Shown: in pieces, positions 1-9,578 of the stretch
Position numbering within the stretch: the stretch's first letter is position 1
Layout of the letters: every line of letters begins with the position of its first letter
Assembly (NCBI GenBank): GCA_963710605.1
Contig: CAVQBA010000004.1
Coordinates: 416,001-480,000 of the forward strand
DNA from: an uncultured cyanobacterium
GTDB lineage: Bacteria; Cyanobacteriota; Cyanobacteriia; Cyanobacteriales; Cyanobacteriaceae
Direction of reading: 5' to 3'
Length of the DNA stretch: 64,000 bases
Notes under the pieces: generated by a model
What the model was told of the DNA's origin: nothing
Database searches by the model: none
The model's input: the letters and a program-made list of their open reading frames with translations, nothing else
Position numbers and translations under genes: made by a program

Positions 1-836
1 GTTTAAGAAACACCACCTATAGAAAGAACTCCGAATAGTAGTTCAGAAGAATTAGAAATCATTATTAGAGCTGTTTACCGTCAAATACTAGGTAACGCTT
101 ATGTAATGGAAAGTGAACGGGCAACTGTACCCGAATCACAATTTAAATTAGGCGCGTTGAGTGTCAGAGAATTTGTTCGTGCTGTAGCAAAAAGTGACGT
201 TTATACATCTCGTTTTTTCGAGACTTGTCCTCGCTATCGCTTTATTGAGCTTAACTTCAAACATTTTTTAGGTCGTACACCTGAGAATTTAGAAGAAACA
301 AGAACTCATAGTACTATTTTAGATACTGAAGGATATGAAGCGGATATCGATTCTTATCTAGATAGTGATGAGTATCAAGATAACTACGGGGAAAATATAG
401 TTCCTTACCACCGTGGTTACAAAACCTCAAATAATCGGACAATGGTGGAATTTACCCATATGTTTGCGATGCTTCGTGGTGCATCTAGTAGCGACTTTAA
501 AGGTAGTCTTTCTGGCAAAAAACCAGTATTGGCAGAAGCAGTAATTCAACAATCTCCGATCGCTGTGAGACCTCCTTCTGGTGGTTCATCAGGTGGTGGT
601 TGGGCTTTCCAAGAGCCTCCTTTAGCGGCTGAATCTCGTCAAGGTGCGGGTGCAGGAGAAGATGGAAAAGTTTATCGTGTTGAAGTTACTGGTTATCCTA
701 CTAGTAAAGCGATTAACCGTATTTCTAGATTCCGTCGTAGTAACAAAGTTTATTTTGTTCCTTATGCTCAACTTTCAGAAACATATCAACGTATCCACAA
801 ACAAGGTGGATGATAGCTAGTATTACACCTGTGTAA
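1..836 (+). CDS. cpeC: Phycoerythrin-associated rod linker CpeC (5'-truncated by the window edge; in-frame TAA at 4-6; 1-nt frameshift near 811)
   Basis: ETPPIE..IIRAVYRQILGNAYVMESER..LRGASSS..KVYRVEVTGY..FRRSN..YQRIHKQGG match CpeC. The typical end (V)IASITPV* is in a shifted frame ending at 836. Confidence 0.85.
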
Positions 837-1015
837 TTAGTAATCAATTAATTTTTTAAATTTAGGGCAAGGTTGAGTATTCTTCCTTCTGCCCTTATTT
901 TGATAATAAATCGTTGATTAAAATTAAGAGCCTAACAAATAAAAAGCTTTTAATTAATAATAAATAAAAAAACCAAAATATAATTAGCAAATTTAATCAT
1001 TCATAGGAGTAAGCA

Positions 1016-1778
1016 ATGAGCTTAGTTTTAGTAAATACAGCTGTAGAATTACGTCCACAATCTAAAGATAACTTAGATGAAGTGATTCGTGCGGTTTACC
1101 GTCAGGTACTAGGAAATCCTCATATTATGGAAAGTGAGCGTCTAACTAGTTCAGAATCTCGTTTACGTAATGGTGACATTTCAGTACGTGACTTTATCCG
1201 TGAAGTTGCTAAATCTGATTTTTATCGTACCCGTTACTTTCAATCTATTGCGCACCTTATCGTTTTATTGAACTTAATTTTAAACATTTATTAGGACGTG
1301 CACCCCAATCTCAAGAAGAACTTTCTGAGCACATTAAAATCACGATCGAACAAGGATATGAAGCCGAAATTGATTCTTATCTAGATAGCGATGAATATCA
1401 AGATAATTTTGGTGACAATATTGTACCTTACTACAGAGGTGCTAGTACTCAAATTGGTCAAAAACAATCTGAATACAACCGTATGTTAAATATTTACAAT
1501 GGCTATGCGGCTGTTGATAGTGCGGTTAAATCTTCTCGTTTAGTTGATGCTGTTGCCACTAATGGTGATAACAAAATTAATGTTCCTAGTAAAGGTGGAC
1601 ACTAGGTTCTGGACAAGTAAGTGAAAAGCAATTTAAAATTGTGGTTAAAGGTGCTAAATTTGATGCTCCTCGTCGAGTTAGCAATACTACTTATTTAGTT
1701 TCTGGTGACAAAATGACTCCTCAAATACAACGTATTCATCGTTCAGGTGGTCGTATTGTAAGTATCACAGAAGTCTAA
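1016..1778 (+). CDS. cpeD: Phycoerythrin-associated rod linker CpeD (frameshifts near 1250 and 1600)
   Basis: [11 protein letters not shown] and [13 protein letters not shown], then in shifted frames [35 protein letters not shown] and [47 protein letters not shown] upstream. Confidence 0.8.
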
Positions 1779-1870
1779 TAATAGTTAATTTTAATTAGAT
1801 TAAACCAAGTTCATTAAATAAGGCGATAAATAAATAAATCCCCCAACCCCCCTTACCTAAGGGGGGCTTA

Positions 1871-1963
1871 TTAGCTTTTAGCTTTTAGCTTTTTTTAGCT
1901 TTTAGCCTTTAGTTTTTTACTTACTCTTGCCTCTTTTAATTGTTCATTGTTCATTGTTCATTG
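1871..1963. repeat. Heptamer tandem repeats (TTAGCTT)n and (ATTGTTC)x3
   Basis: Read directly in the cpeD-cpeS intergenic region. Confidence 0.8.
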
Positions 1964-1989
1964 ATTTGCCCTTTTGATTGTCGTTTTTT

Positions 1990-2515
1990 ATGAGTATTAT
2001 TGAGTTTGTCGAGAAATCCTTAGGTCGTTGGCAATAGTTACGTAGCGTTCATCACCTTGCTTTTAGTCATTTAGAAGAAGTTAATTCAGAAATTGAAATA
2101 ATTAGTTTAGACAAAAACGATCCTCAAGTTATTAGTTTATGTCAAGATAACAATATAGACCCAAATTTAGCTCAAACTCCTTTTAAAATGAGTTGGGAAG
2201 GAGAATCAGATTTGGGATGAAAAAGAAGAATTGAAAGGTTCAACTATTTTGGTACCAATTGCTGATCATGATAATCCTCTTCAAGGAAGACTGCTACAAG
2301 GAATCAAGGTTATGCTGAGACAATGCCTGCGGTTGCTAAATATACAATCCAAGAAGATGGTACTTTTGTTTTGATAACTCAATACAATCGAGCTAGTGCT
2401 GAAGAAAAAATTTGGTTTGTCAATCCTCAATTGAGGTTTCGTGTTTCAGACGATCAAAACCAGTAGCGGTAAAGGTGCGACTACGGCTTCCTTTTCTTCA
2501 GAGATAAAAATATAA
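1990..2515 (+). CDS. cpeS: CpcS/CpeS-type phycobiliprotein lyase (in-frame TAG at 2035 and several frameshifts; missing from the ORF track)
   Basis: Manual translation: MSIIEFVEKSLGRWQ*LRSVHHLAFSHLEEV..PFKMSWEGESD..GYAETMPA..SAEEKIWFVNPQLRFRVS..TTASFSSEI*. Lies between cpeD and cpeT. Confidence 0.8.
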
Positions 2516-2591
2516 AAGAATTAATAATTAACAATTAGGAGCATCCTTCATAATATTAAGTAACTAAAATTTAGGTTGAGATTGAGATTAA

Positions 2592-3209
2592 ATGACTAAT
2601 GATAACGAGCAAAAGTTACTACAAAATTTAGCTACTTGCTTAGCAGGAGAATTTAGTAACAAAAAACAAGCTTCTAGTAACCCCAAAGATTTCGCTCACA
2701 TCCATGTGTTTTTCCGCCCTTTACCATGGGAATTTTTTCAAGGAATTGGTTTTTATTTTGAGCAAGTCTATGATTACGATTTGTGGAACCCTTACCGTCA
2801 AGGGGTTCATCGTTTTGTGGCTCAATCTGACAAAGTATATGTCGAAAATTATAGCCTCAAAGATGCGATGCTTTATGCAGGTTCAGGACATAATCATTCT
2901 ATTCTAAAGACGATAAGTCCAGAAGCAATCGAAAGAAGATACAATTGCTCAATGGTATTTACCAAAAAAAATGATACATTTTACGGTAACGTCGAAGGAA
3001 ATCAATGTTTAATCACTAAAGGTGATGTTGTTACCTATTTGATTAGTGAAGTTGAATTAACTCCAAATACATTTGTAAGTTGGGAATAAGGCATGGATAT
3101 TAAAACGAACGAACAAAAATGGGGTTCTGATCATGGTGCGTTAAAATTTGAGAAAATTACCGATTTTGCTGATGAATTATCCTTTGATAAAATAAATCAG
3201 TCAGTTTAA
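2592..3209 (+). CDS. cpeT: CpcT/CpeT-type bilin lyase (in-frame TAA at 3087-3089; frame continues to 3209)
   Basis: LAGEFSNKKQA, FAHIHVFFRPLP, EQVYDYDLWNPYRQGVHR. After the stop, the same frame reads GMDIKTNEQKWGSDHGALKFEK. Confidence 0.85.
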
Positions 3210-3236
3210 AATACATATTTGCTCTTACTTATACTT

Positions 3237-3615
3237 ATGACTAGAATTTTGTTAGTAGAAGATAACGAAATGAATCGAGATATGCTTAGTAGAAGATTAG
3301 CCCGTAAAGGTTATGAAGTTTTAATAGCGGTTGATGGGCAAGAAGGTATTAATATGAGTGTCAGCGAAAATCCCGCCTTAATTTTAATGGATATGAGTTT
3401 ACCAATTATTGATGGCTGTAGCGACCCGACAGCTAAAAAGTAATCCGCGAACAAAATCTATACCAATCATTGCTCTAACCGCTCACGCCATGACAGGAGA
3501 TAAAGACAAAGCCTTGAAAGCAGGATGTGACGATTATGATACTAAACCGATCGATCTCAAAAAACTATTAGGTAAAATAAAAGCCTTAGCTGAAGGAGTA
3601 AGGAGTAAGGAGTAA
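3237..3615 (+). CDS. Single-domain response regulator (DivK/CheY-like), frameshift near 3415
   Basis: [22 protein letters not shown] and [23 protein letters not shown] lie in two overlapping ORFs. Confidence 0.85.
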
Positions 3616-3642
3616 GGAGTAAGGAGTAAGGAGTAAGGAGTG
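3594..3642. repeat. Heptamer tandem repeat (AGGAGTA)x7, STRR-like
   Basis: Read directly; overlaps the response-regulator stop codon. Confidence 0.9.
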
Positions 3643-3700
3643 TTCTGGCTGGTCTTTGTTCCCTTAATCAAATAAAAATCATAGATGGAGGTCTGTTACG

Positions 3701-3814
3701 ATGCAAAGCTTTCGCTCTGTTGAGCATAATACTAAAAGTGGTTTAATTTCTGTAGCTTCAAATATCTGGACGATCGAAGCAAAAGAGTGTGTTTGTTATC
3801 GTCCGCCAATATAA
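3701..3814 (+). pseudogene. Short ORF or gene remnant (MQSFRSVEHN..VASNIWTIEAKECVCYRPPI*), possibly a DUF4336-like N-terminus
   Basis: GGAGG RBS upstream; the frame continues PRYQF after the stop. Family assignment is from memory only. Confidence 0.3.
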
Positions 3815-4189
3815 CCACGTTATCAATTCTCTGTTATTTTACCAATTTACTCGATCGTTGTTTTAGTTGGTGATATTATTTATCCACGATTAGTTAAGAA
3901 AAAAAGTTTTAGCTAAAAATTATCTCGATCGATTATTATTGAGATTTTTTGTCTTTTCTCATTTTCTTATATATTTTCTCTAACAGCTCTTAATTTTTAA
4001 GGGAAAAATAAGGGAAAAGAATAAAGCGATCGTGAATGCTAACAGCCTAATTGTCAGTATTTATATACTACTTCAACCAATTGATTAGGATAAAAATAGG
4101 ATAAAACTAACAAATCACTTAATCATTAACTTCGATAAGCTCTAACTAGAAACTCTGAAACGTAGTTCTAGAAGGAGGTTTCTATCAAT

Positions 4190-4233
4190 AAGCCTTTGAC
4201 GAGGATTGAACTCGTGACCTCACCCTTACCAAG
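4190..4233 (-). repeat. att core: displaced 3' fragment of tRNA-Thr
   Basis: Identical to 9920-9963; identity ends in the anticodon loop. Confidence 0.93.
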
Positions 4234-4326
4234 AATACGATACAATATAAAATACCTAAAAACTCGTTAATCTATAGCTACTAAGCAACAGACATCGTTC
4301 ATTTTGATGGTTATTTTTAACTAAAA

Positions 4327-4358
4327 CAGGAGAAAAGTAGGAGAAAAGTAGGAGAAAA
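4327..4358 (+). repeat. Putative integrase arm-type sites, 3x (T/C)AGGAGAAAAG, overlapping the int RBS and ATG
   Basis: The same 11-mer occurs as pairs at 9707-9727 and 9818-9838 at the other end of the element. Confidence 0.75.
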
Positions 4359-5569
4359 TGAAACTAATTGAAAAGACAACAGAATCAAAAAGCTACAGAC
4401 CTGCTGAATGCGATCGTGTCACGATTTATAACACAAAAGGTACGATTGCATTAAAGTTTGTTTGTCCAATCAGAGGTAGTCAAAGAGCATTTAATGTAGG
4501 TAAGCTCAAGTGGCTTAATTTAAACGACCATAGAAGTGCTAAGTTAAAAGCTCTAGAGCTAGATAACGATCTTAGATTAGGTTTATACGATGGTGATGTT
4601 AGTAAATATAAGCTAAATAACAACTATAAAAATAAAAAGAACGTTAAAACTAAATCACAAACAAAACAAATTACCCTTAAACAAATATGGGAATATTATA
4701 AAAGTAAAAATAGCCATATTGCTAAAACTACAAAAACTAATAAATGGTCAATTATCGATAAGGTAATAATTGATTCTGATACAGTTGATAGTGTGGCTGA
4801 ATTGGTTGATAGAATGCTTGAAAAATACGCACCATCTACAAGTAAAAGTGTTTTAGTAGCCTTAAATTCAGCTATTAACTTTTCAATTACTCATAATAAA
4901 TACCAAGGTAAAAACTACTTATCTGATATTGCCAGCAAGATAAAAGCACCCAAGAAAAAGAAAATAAAATCTTATTCAAAGCAAGAAACATTAACTATAT
5001 TAGATGCTTTTAAAAATAATACTTATCGTCATGATAAAAACATTTATAATCATTCTTATTATTATGGGTTAATCGCTATTCGTGTTTATACTGGTTGCCG
5101 TCCTTGTGAAGCGATCGCTCTTACTTGGAAAGATATTAAGGTGCGTAATGATAAAACTTATATCATCTTTGATAAGTCTTACAGTGATGAATTAAAACAA
5201 ACAACAAAAAACGGCACCGATCGCATTTTCCCCTGTAACAAAAAACTGCAAGAAATTATCGCCAATTTACCACGAATAGAAAACGATTCTAATTTAGTTT
5301 TTCCTAGCATTAGAGATAAGTCATACATCGATCGTAAAAACTTTACTCATCGAGTTTGGAATAAAGTAATCAAAGGATTATATGATGATGATCTAATTAG
5401 TAAAAAGCTACCATTCTATGATTTACGTCACACTTTTACTACTCATCTTTGTCGTAGCGGTAAAGTTGATTTGGCGACGATCGCATCTTTAGTAGGTAAC
5501 AGTGTCCCAACTCTGATTAACAATTATTTAGCTACTGATGAATCGATCGAATTACCCGACTTGTTTTAA
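4358..5569 (+). CDS. Tyrosine recombinase/integrase
   Basis: YTGCRPCEAIALTWKDI (Arg), TTKNG (Lys), FYDLRHTFTT (x-x-R-H), LVGNS..NNY (Tyr). N-terminal arm-binding-like region. Confidence 0.93.
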   Translation: MKLIEKTTESKSYRPAECDRVTIYNTKGTIALKFVCPIRGSQRAFNVGKLKWLNLNDHRSAKLKALELDNDLRLGLYDGDVSKYKLNNNYKNKKNVKTKSQTKQITLKQIWEYYKSKNSHIAKTTKTNKWSIIDKVIIDSDTVDSVAELVDRMLEKYAPSTSKSVLVALNSAINFSITHNKYQGKNYLSDIASKIKAPKKKKIKSYSKQETLTILDAFKNNTYRHDKNIYNHSYYYGLIAIRVYTGCRPCEAIALTWKDIKVRNDKTYIIFDKSYSDELKQTTKNGTDRIFPCNKKLQEIIANLPRIENDSNLVFPSIRDKSYIDRKNFTHRVWNKVIKGLYDDDLISKKLPFYDLRHTFTTHLCRSGKVDLATIASLVGNSVPTLINNYLATDESIELPDLF

Positions 5570-6939
5570 CCAAAAATACTGAGAAAACTTAATACTCATC
5601 TATTATCTCACCTTACAAACGTGGTCGTTCCAATATCCTTTTTTATGTTTATTTATTTATAAATAACTCTAACAAAATGGTTTTTAGTCAGGGATAATTT
5701 TTTAGTTTTATTACTGAAGATATTTCTATATAGACCTATATAGCTCCATACTGTTATGAAAAATCAAAGTAAAAAGTGCCTCTACAGAAACCTCACAAAT
5801 AAACATAATGCACAATAACACTAATGGTTGTAGTACTCAGAAGATAAATTAATGATTAAAAGAAGGAATATAACAGAATTTATTAATAATATCAAATAAA
5901 CACTAATCGGTAATCTACACCTCTGTTTAAATAAACTTCCTCAGAGCTAAGGAATCTTATAAGCTTACTGGGGGAAAAATTACCTATTGAAAACCTATTT
6001 TCAAATCGCTAAGAAAAACACCAAAAATAAAAAATCAACTACATTTTCAAAGACCTAAAACTTACTTTTAATTTAATTACACTGATATTACAATAAATCT
6101 AGTAAAAAGCGATCGGTTCTAAAGACACAATAACAGTACTAAAACGGTGAAAACTCTTTTACAGTAATACTTTAAAGTCGTTAATATTATTGTGCTAACT
6201 ATATACGCTTGTAGCATATGATTTTGCCCCGTTTAAAGTATCATTAAAAGTATTTTAGAACATAGATTATTGTCTATCGTTTTCGTACAAATAGTTAATG
6301 TCACAATTTAAAATCTATGTGCTGAGACTAATATGTTTTTAATTTATTAGTTATTGATAGCTATTCTCAGATTTATACCTTTAAAGGGGGGGTGAACAAA
6401 AATTTACCGCCCCCCTTAATACTATTTTTGTACTAATAAAATAAGATTATCTTAAAATTGCCTAAACAACTATAAATAAAAGAATACAGCTTTTTATTAG
6501 CTTACTAAATAAAATTAAGTAGAATTTATTAAATCAAACAATCATGATATTTGTCTTAAAAACTATTACTATTTTTTATTGCAAAAAAGTAGTCTTTATT
6601 GATAATAGGTATTTGTTATCATTTGATAAATGATAACAAGTAAAATTGTCATTAAGCTATCTTAATTCTCAACAAGGTTTAGTTGAGTAAATGTATTAAT
6701 TTTATGGTTTTGTTACATTTGTTAATAATAGTGATAATTAAGCTATTTCATAAAACTACTATATACAAATGCTTAAACATAATCAAATTTATTTATGTTA
6801 CAAATTTTAGATGGTAGTGAGGGGGGGTGAACAAAAAATACACCCCCTCACTACAGTGTACTTTTATGAGAAATATTTCTATTAACATCGTTGATATTAT
6901 TTGATATATGATACTAAATGTTATCAACGTTATCAAAAT

Positions 6940-7164
6940 ATGAATACCAATACTAAACAAGTTATTTTTCGCTTACCCGATCATAAATTTACTCTTTTAG
7001 AGTCTAGGTTAAAAGAGATCGGAATGAAAAGACAACAATTCCTTGAGCGTGCTGTTGATGATTTTTTACGCTTTGATAATACAGATGATTTAAAGCGGCA
7101 ACTTTTAAACGATGACGATTTTGTTCTCCAATTGGCTACCAAAGTAGAAAACTTATTAGAGTAA
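6940..7164 (+). CDS. Small ribbon-helix-helix-like DNA-binding protein, paralog 1
   Basis: TKQVIFRLPD beta-strand followed by two helices. ATG at 6940 chosen by alignment with paralog 2. Confidence 0.65.
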   Translation: MNTNTKQVIFRLPDHKFTLLESRLKEIGMKRQQFLERAVDDFLRFDNTDDLKRQLLNDDDFVLQLATKVENLLE

Positions 7165-7274
7165 TCTCATTGCAAAATAAATTTTTGCTCGTATTGAATT
7201 ATGGTGGTTAGTCTTGGTCAGTTAATATTAAAGTAATATTTTCAAGCATAAGTAATATCAGAAATTATCAAATT

Positions 7275-7505
7275 ATGGATACTAATACCAAGCAAGTCGT
7301 TTTTCGCTTACCCGATTGTAAATTTATTCTTTTGGAGTCTAAATTAAAAGAGAGCGGAATTAAAAGACAACAATTTCTTGAACGTGTTATTGATGATTTT
7401 TTAGATCTTAATCACACAAAAGCACGTCATGAGATTCTAAACGATGACGATTTTGTTCTCCAATTGGCTACCAAAGTCAAAAGGAGTTTAAAACAAAAGG
7501 ATTAA
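7275..7505 (+). CDS. Small ribbon-helix-helix-like DNA-binding protein, paralog 2
   Basis: MDTNTKQVVFRLPD..KRQQFLER..LNDDDFVLQLATKV; clear paralog of 6940-7164. Confidence 0.65.
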   Translation: MDTNTKQVVFRLPDCKFILLESKLKESGIKRQQFLERVIDDFLDLNHTKARHEILNDDDFVLQLATKVKRSLKQKD

Positions 7506-7519
7506 ATTTAAGGTAATTA

Positions 7520-8341
7520 TCACGATCGTTTAGTCTTTAAAGCCTTGGTAAACTCACTAAGCATTTCTAATGCTTTGAGATTAACTGGTGTCCGCTGTTC
7601 TTTGTATTTACGTTCTAACAGTTCCTGACTACGACGATCGGATAAGTTTTTAGCTTGAATATATTTTTGATACTCTCTCCACTTCTTAATCGCCTTATCC
7701 CGTTTACTTAGGTGTTTAATTGCATTTTCTTTAGCCCTTTCTCTAGGTTCGTTGTAATTTTGGACAAACTCAGCAGTAACAAACCTAATTAACGGCTCAT
7801 GTTCATAGGGTTTTTCTGGTAGCGGCTCATTCTCTATCACTTCTTTTTGCTGTTCAATAGTCTGTTTGTTCTGTGTGACTTCTCCCTGCTGTTTAGTAGT
7901 AACTTTGTTTTTCTCGTTAATAACTACTCGATCGATATCTTCTTGCTGTTGTTGATAATTTTCTTTTTTTTCTTTTTCTTCTAATTTATTATCTTTAATC
8001 TTAATATCTTTAATCTTAGAGTCGCTGAAATCGTTATTTGGCAATAGTTCTGGACTGGTTAAAGGCTCACTTTTGACCTCTAAAGGCTCACTTGTGATTA
8101 AAAGACTTTTAACGAATTTAAAGGCTTTCCGCTCTCTTAGTTTTTTGACCGCTCTTTTAAAAGAACTAATAGAAATGCCGAATTGTTGGCAAAATTGTTG
8201 GCGATCGATGTTAATTGATTGATTACCAAATGGATCTAGAGAACGCAAATAAAAATAAATGAAGGTTTGGGTGTTGAGTATTCCCTCATTTTTTAAGTTG
8301 ATTATTTCTTGTGTGGTGAGTTTATAAAAAGTGTTATCCAT
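7520..8341 (-). CDS. Winged-HTH replication-initiator-like protein
   Basis: N-terminal HTH (RQQFCQQFGISISSFKRAVKKLRE), SEPL repeats encoded by a 21-bp DNA tandem repeat, then KIKDIKIKD and a charged C-terminus. Confidence 0.55.
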   Translation of the reverse strand: MDNTFYKLTTQEIINLKNEGILNTQTFIYFYLRSLDPFGNQSINIDRQQFCQQFGISISSFKRAVKKLRERKAFKFVKSLLITSEPLEVKSEPLTSPELLPNNDFSDSKIKDIKIKDNKLEEKEKKENYQQQQEDIDRVVINEKNKVTTKQQGEVTQNKQTIEQQKEVIENEPLPEKPYEHEPLIRFVTAEFVQNYNEPRERAKENAIKHLSKRDKAIKKWREYQKYIQAKNLSDRRSQELLERKYKEQRTPVNLKALEMLSEFTKALKTKRS

Positions 8342-8451
8342 GTTTTGGCTTGAAGTAATGATTTAGCCCTAAATAATTGGTGCAAAACGGAAAACCGTGC
8401 ATAGTCCAACTAGTAATTAGTCTTGTTATGCACGGTTATTGTTATGGTTCT

Positions 8452-8727
8452 TTACTTAAGTTTTACAACTGTCTGATGAAGTTGATCAACTGTTTGTTTG
8501 TATTTGTCTAGTGAGTCTTTAAGGTGGTCTAAATGAGTCATGACTATGTACATAGCGGTATCATAATCAATGGTTTCGTCATTACGCTCTACCATTTCGT
8601 TAAAGAACACTCTGATCACTTCAAAATCTGACTCAATAAACAAAAAGTCATTACTTAAATCAAGTAATGAACTTGTCACATCAGACATCGACACACCTTG
8701 CTTAGGTGTAGGTTTGTTTGGTATCAT
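8452..8727 (-). CDS. Hypothetical acidic helical protein (element-borne)
   Basis: 91-aa ORF co-oriented upstream of the initiator-like gene. Confidence 0.55.
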   Translation of the reverse strand: MIPNKPTPKQGVSMSDVTSSLLDLSNDFLFIESDFEVIRVFFNEMVERNDETIDYDTAMYIVMTHLDHLKDSLDKYKQTVDQLHQTVVKLK

Positions 8728-9284
8728 AGGTATAACCTTTATGTAAGAAGTTGAGGTTTAATGCCCCGTTGTGTTTCTACACGATGGGGTAATTACTTTT
8801 TATCCTACCACCAACCTTGTGCATTTTGTCAAGGGTAAATTGAAAATTAATTATTCACGGCTAGAAACGCTTCTAAAAAATCTAGCTATCGATCGTTTGA
8901 GTTGGTGCGATCGTTTTCTCTACCAGAAAAATATTAACTTACATCTCTACTGTACATATGAAATAGGTACAGTTGTTTGAACAAAAAAAGCATTATGCAA
9001 TAATTAAATGATAATTGTTTAATGATGGCGTTCAATAATTCTATTGTACAGTAGATATACTATTAAAAACTTTCATTATCAATAAATTGAATTCAAGACA
9101 CTTAAATCTACTGTACATAAGATATATTATTAGTGAATGTAAGTAAATAATGTATTATGCAAAAAAAGAATAATAAGTATGCAAAAAATATATTAAGTAA
9201 TAATCTACTGTACAGTTGACGTTCGTCTATATCTATGTGTATGATTAAAATGATGAATTTAAAAAGTATAAATCTACTGTACAC

Positions 9285-9578
9285 ATGAAGATAAACAAAG
9301 TTAGTCTGAGTAATTTAAAACCTAATCGATCGAGATGGAATAATCCAGAGACGATCGCTGTTAGAGTACCCAAAATGTTTAAGCAAGAGGTATTAGATTA
9401 CGCTAAGCAATTAGATAATAACCAAGTAGCTAACCAAGTTAGTAATAAAGAAAACTCTACTGTACACAAGGAATTAAAAGAAATACTTACCAAAATAGAA
9501 AACAAAGAAAAGGGATATAAAGGTAATTGTGCTACTGCTTTAATTAAAGAGTTGAAAGCGATCGGTCAACAACTTTAG
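9285..9578 (+). CDS. Small DNA-binding protein (RHH-like, SRWNNPETIAVRVPK)
   Basis: TIAVRVPKMFKQEVLDYAKQLD beta-alpha pattern; preceded by an array of TCTACTGTACA sites. Confidence 0.6.
   Translation: MKINKVSLSNLKPNRSRWNNPETIAVRVPKMFKQEVLDYAKQLDNNQVANQVSNKENSTVHKELKEILTKIENKEKGYKGNCATALIKELKAIGQQL

Noticed and set aside
1838-1869. C-rich/G-rich palindromes (also near 10957-10983, 63673-63695 and 63875-63900) as a novel element
   Set aside because: They resemble common cyanobacterial short dispersed repeats or terminator-like hairpins and show no associated structure here.
3087-3089. Stop-codon readthrough or recoding (cpeT, cpeS, xisH, hybrid kinase)
   Set aside because: The stops are of all three types, and ordinary genes here end in the same codons; base errors or point mutations explain them.
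8771-8980. 69-aa ORF inside the element
   Set aside because: Starts inside a hairpin, has no RBS or recognisable motif, and overlaps the repeat array; not supported.
8946-9466. TCTACTGTACA array as a CRISPR array
   Set aside because: Repeat is only 11-16 bp, spacing is uneven (67-183 bp), one copy lies inside an ORF, and no cas genes are in the window.
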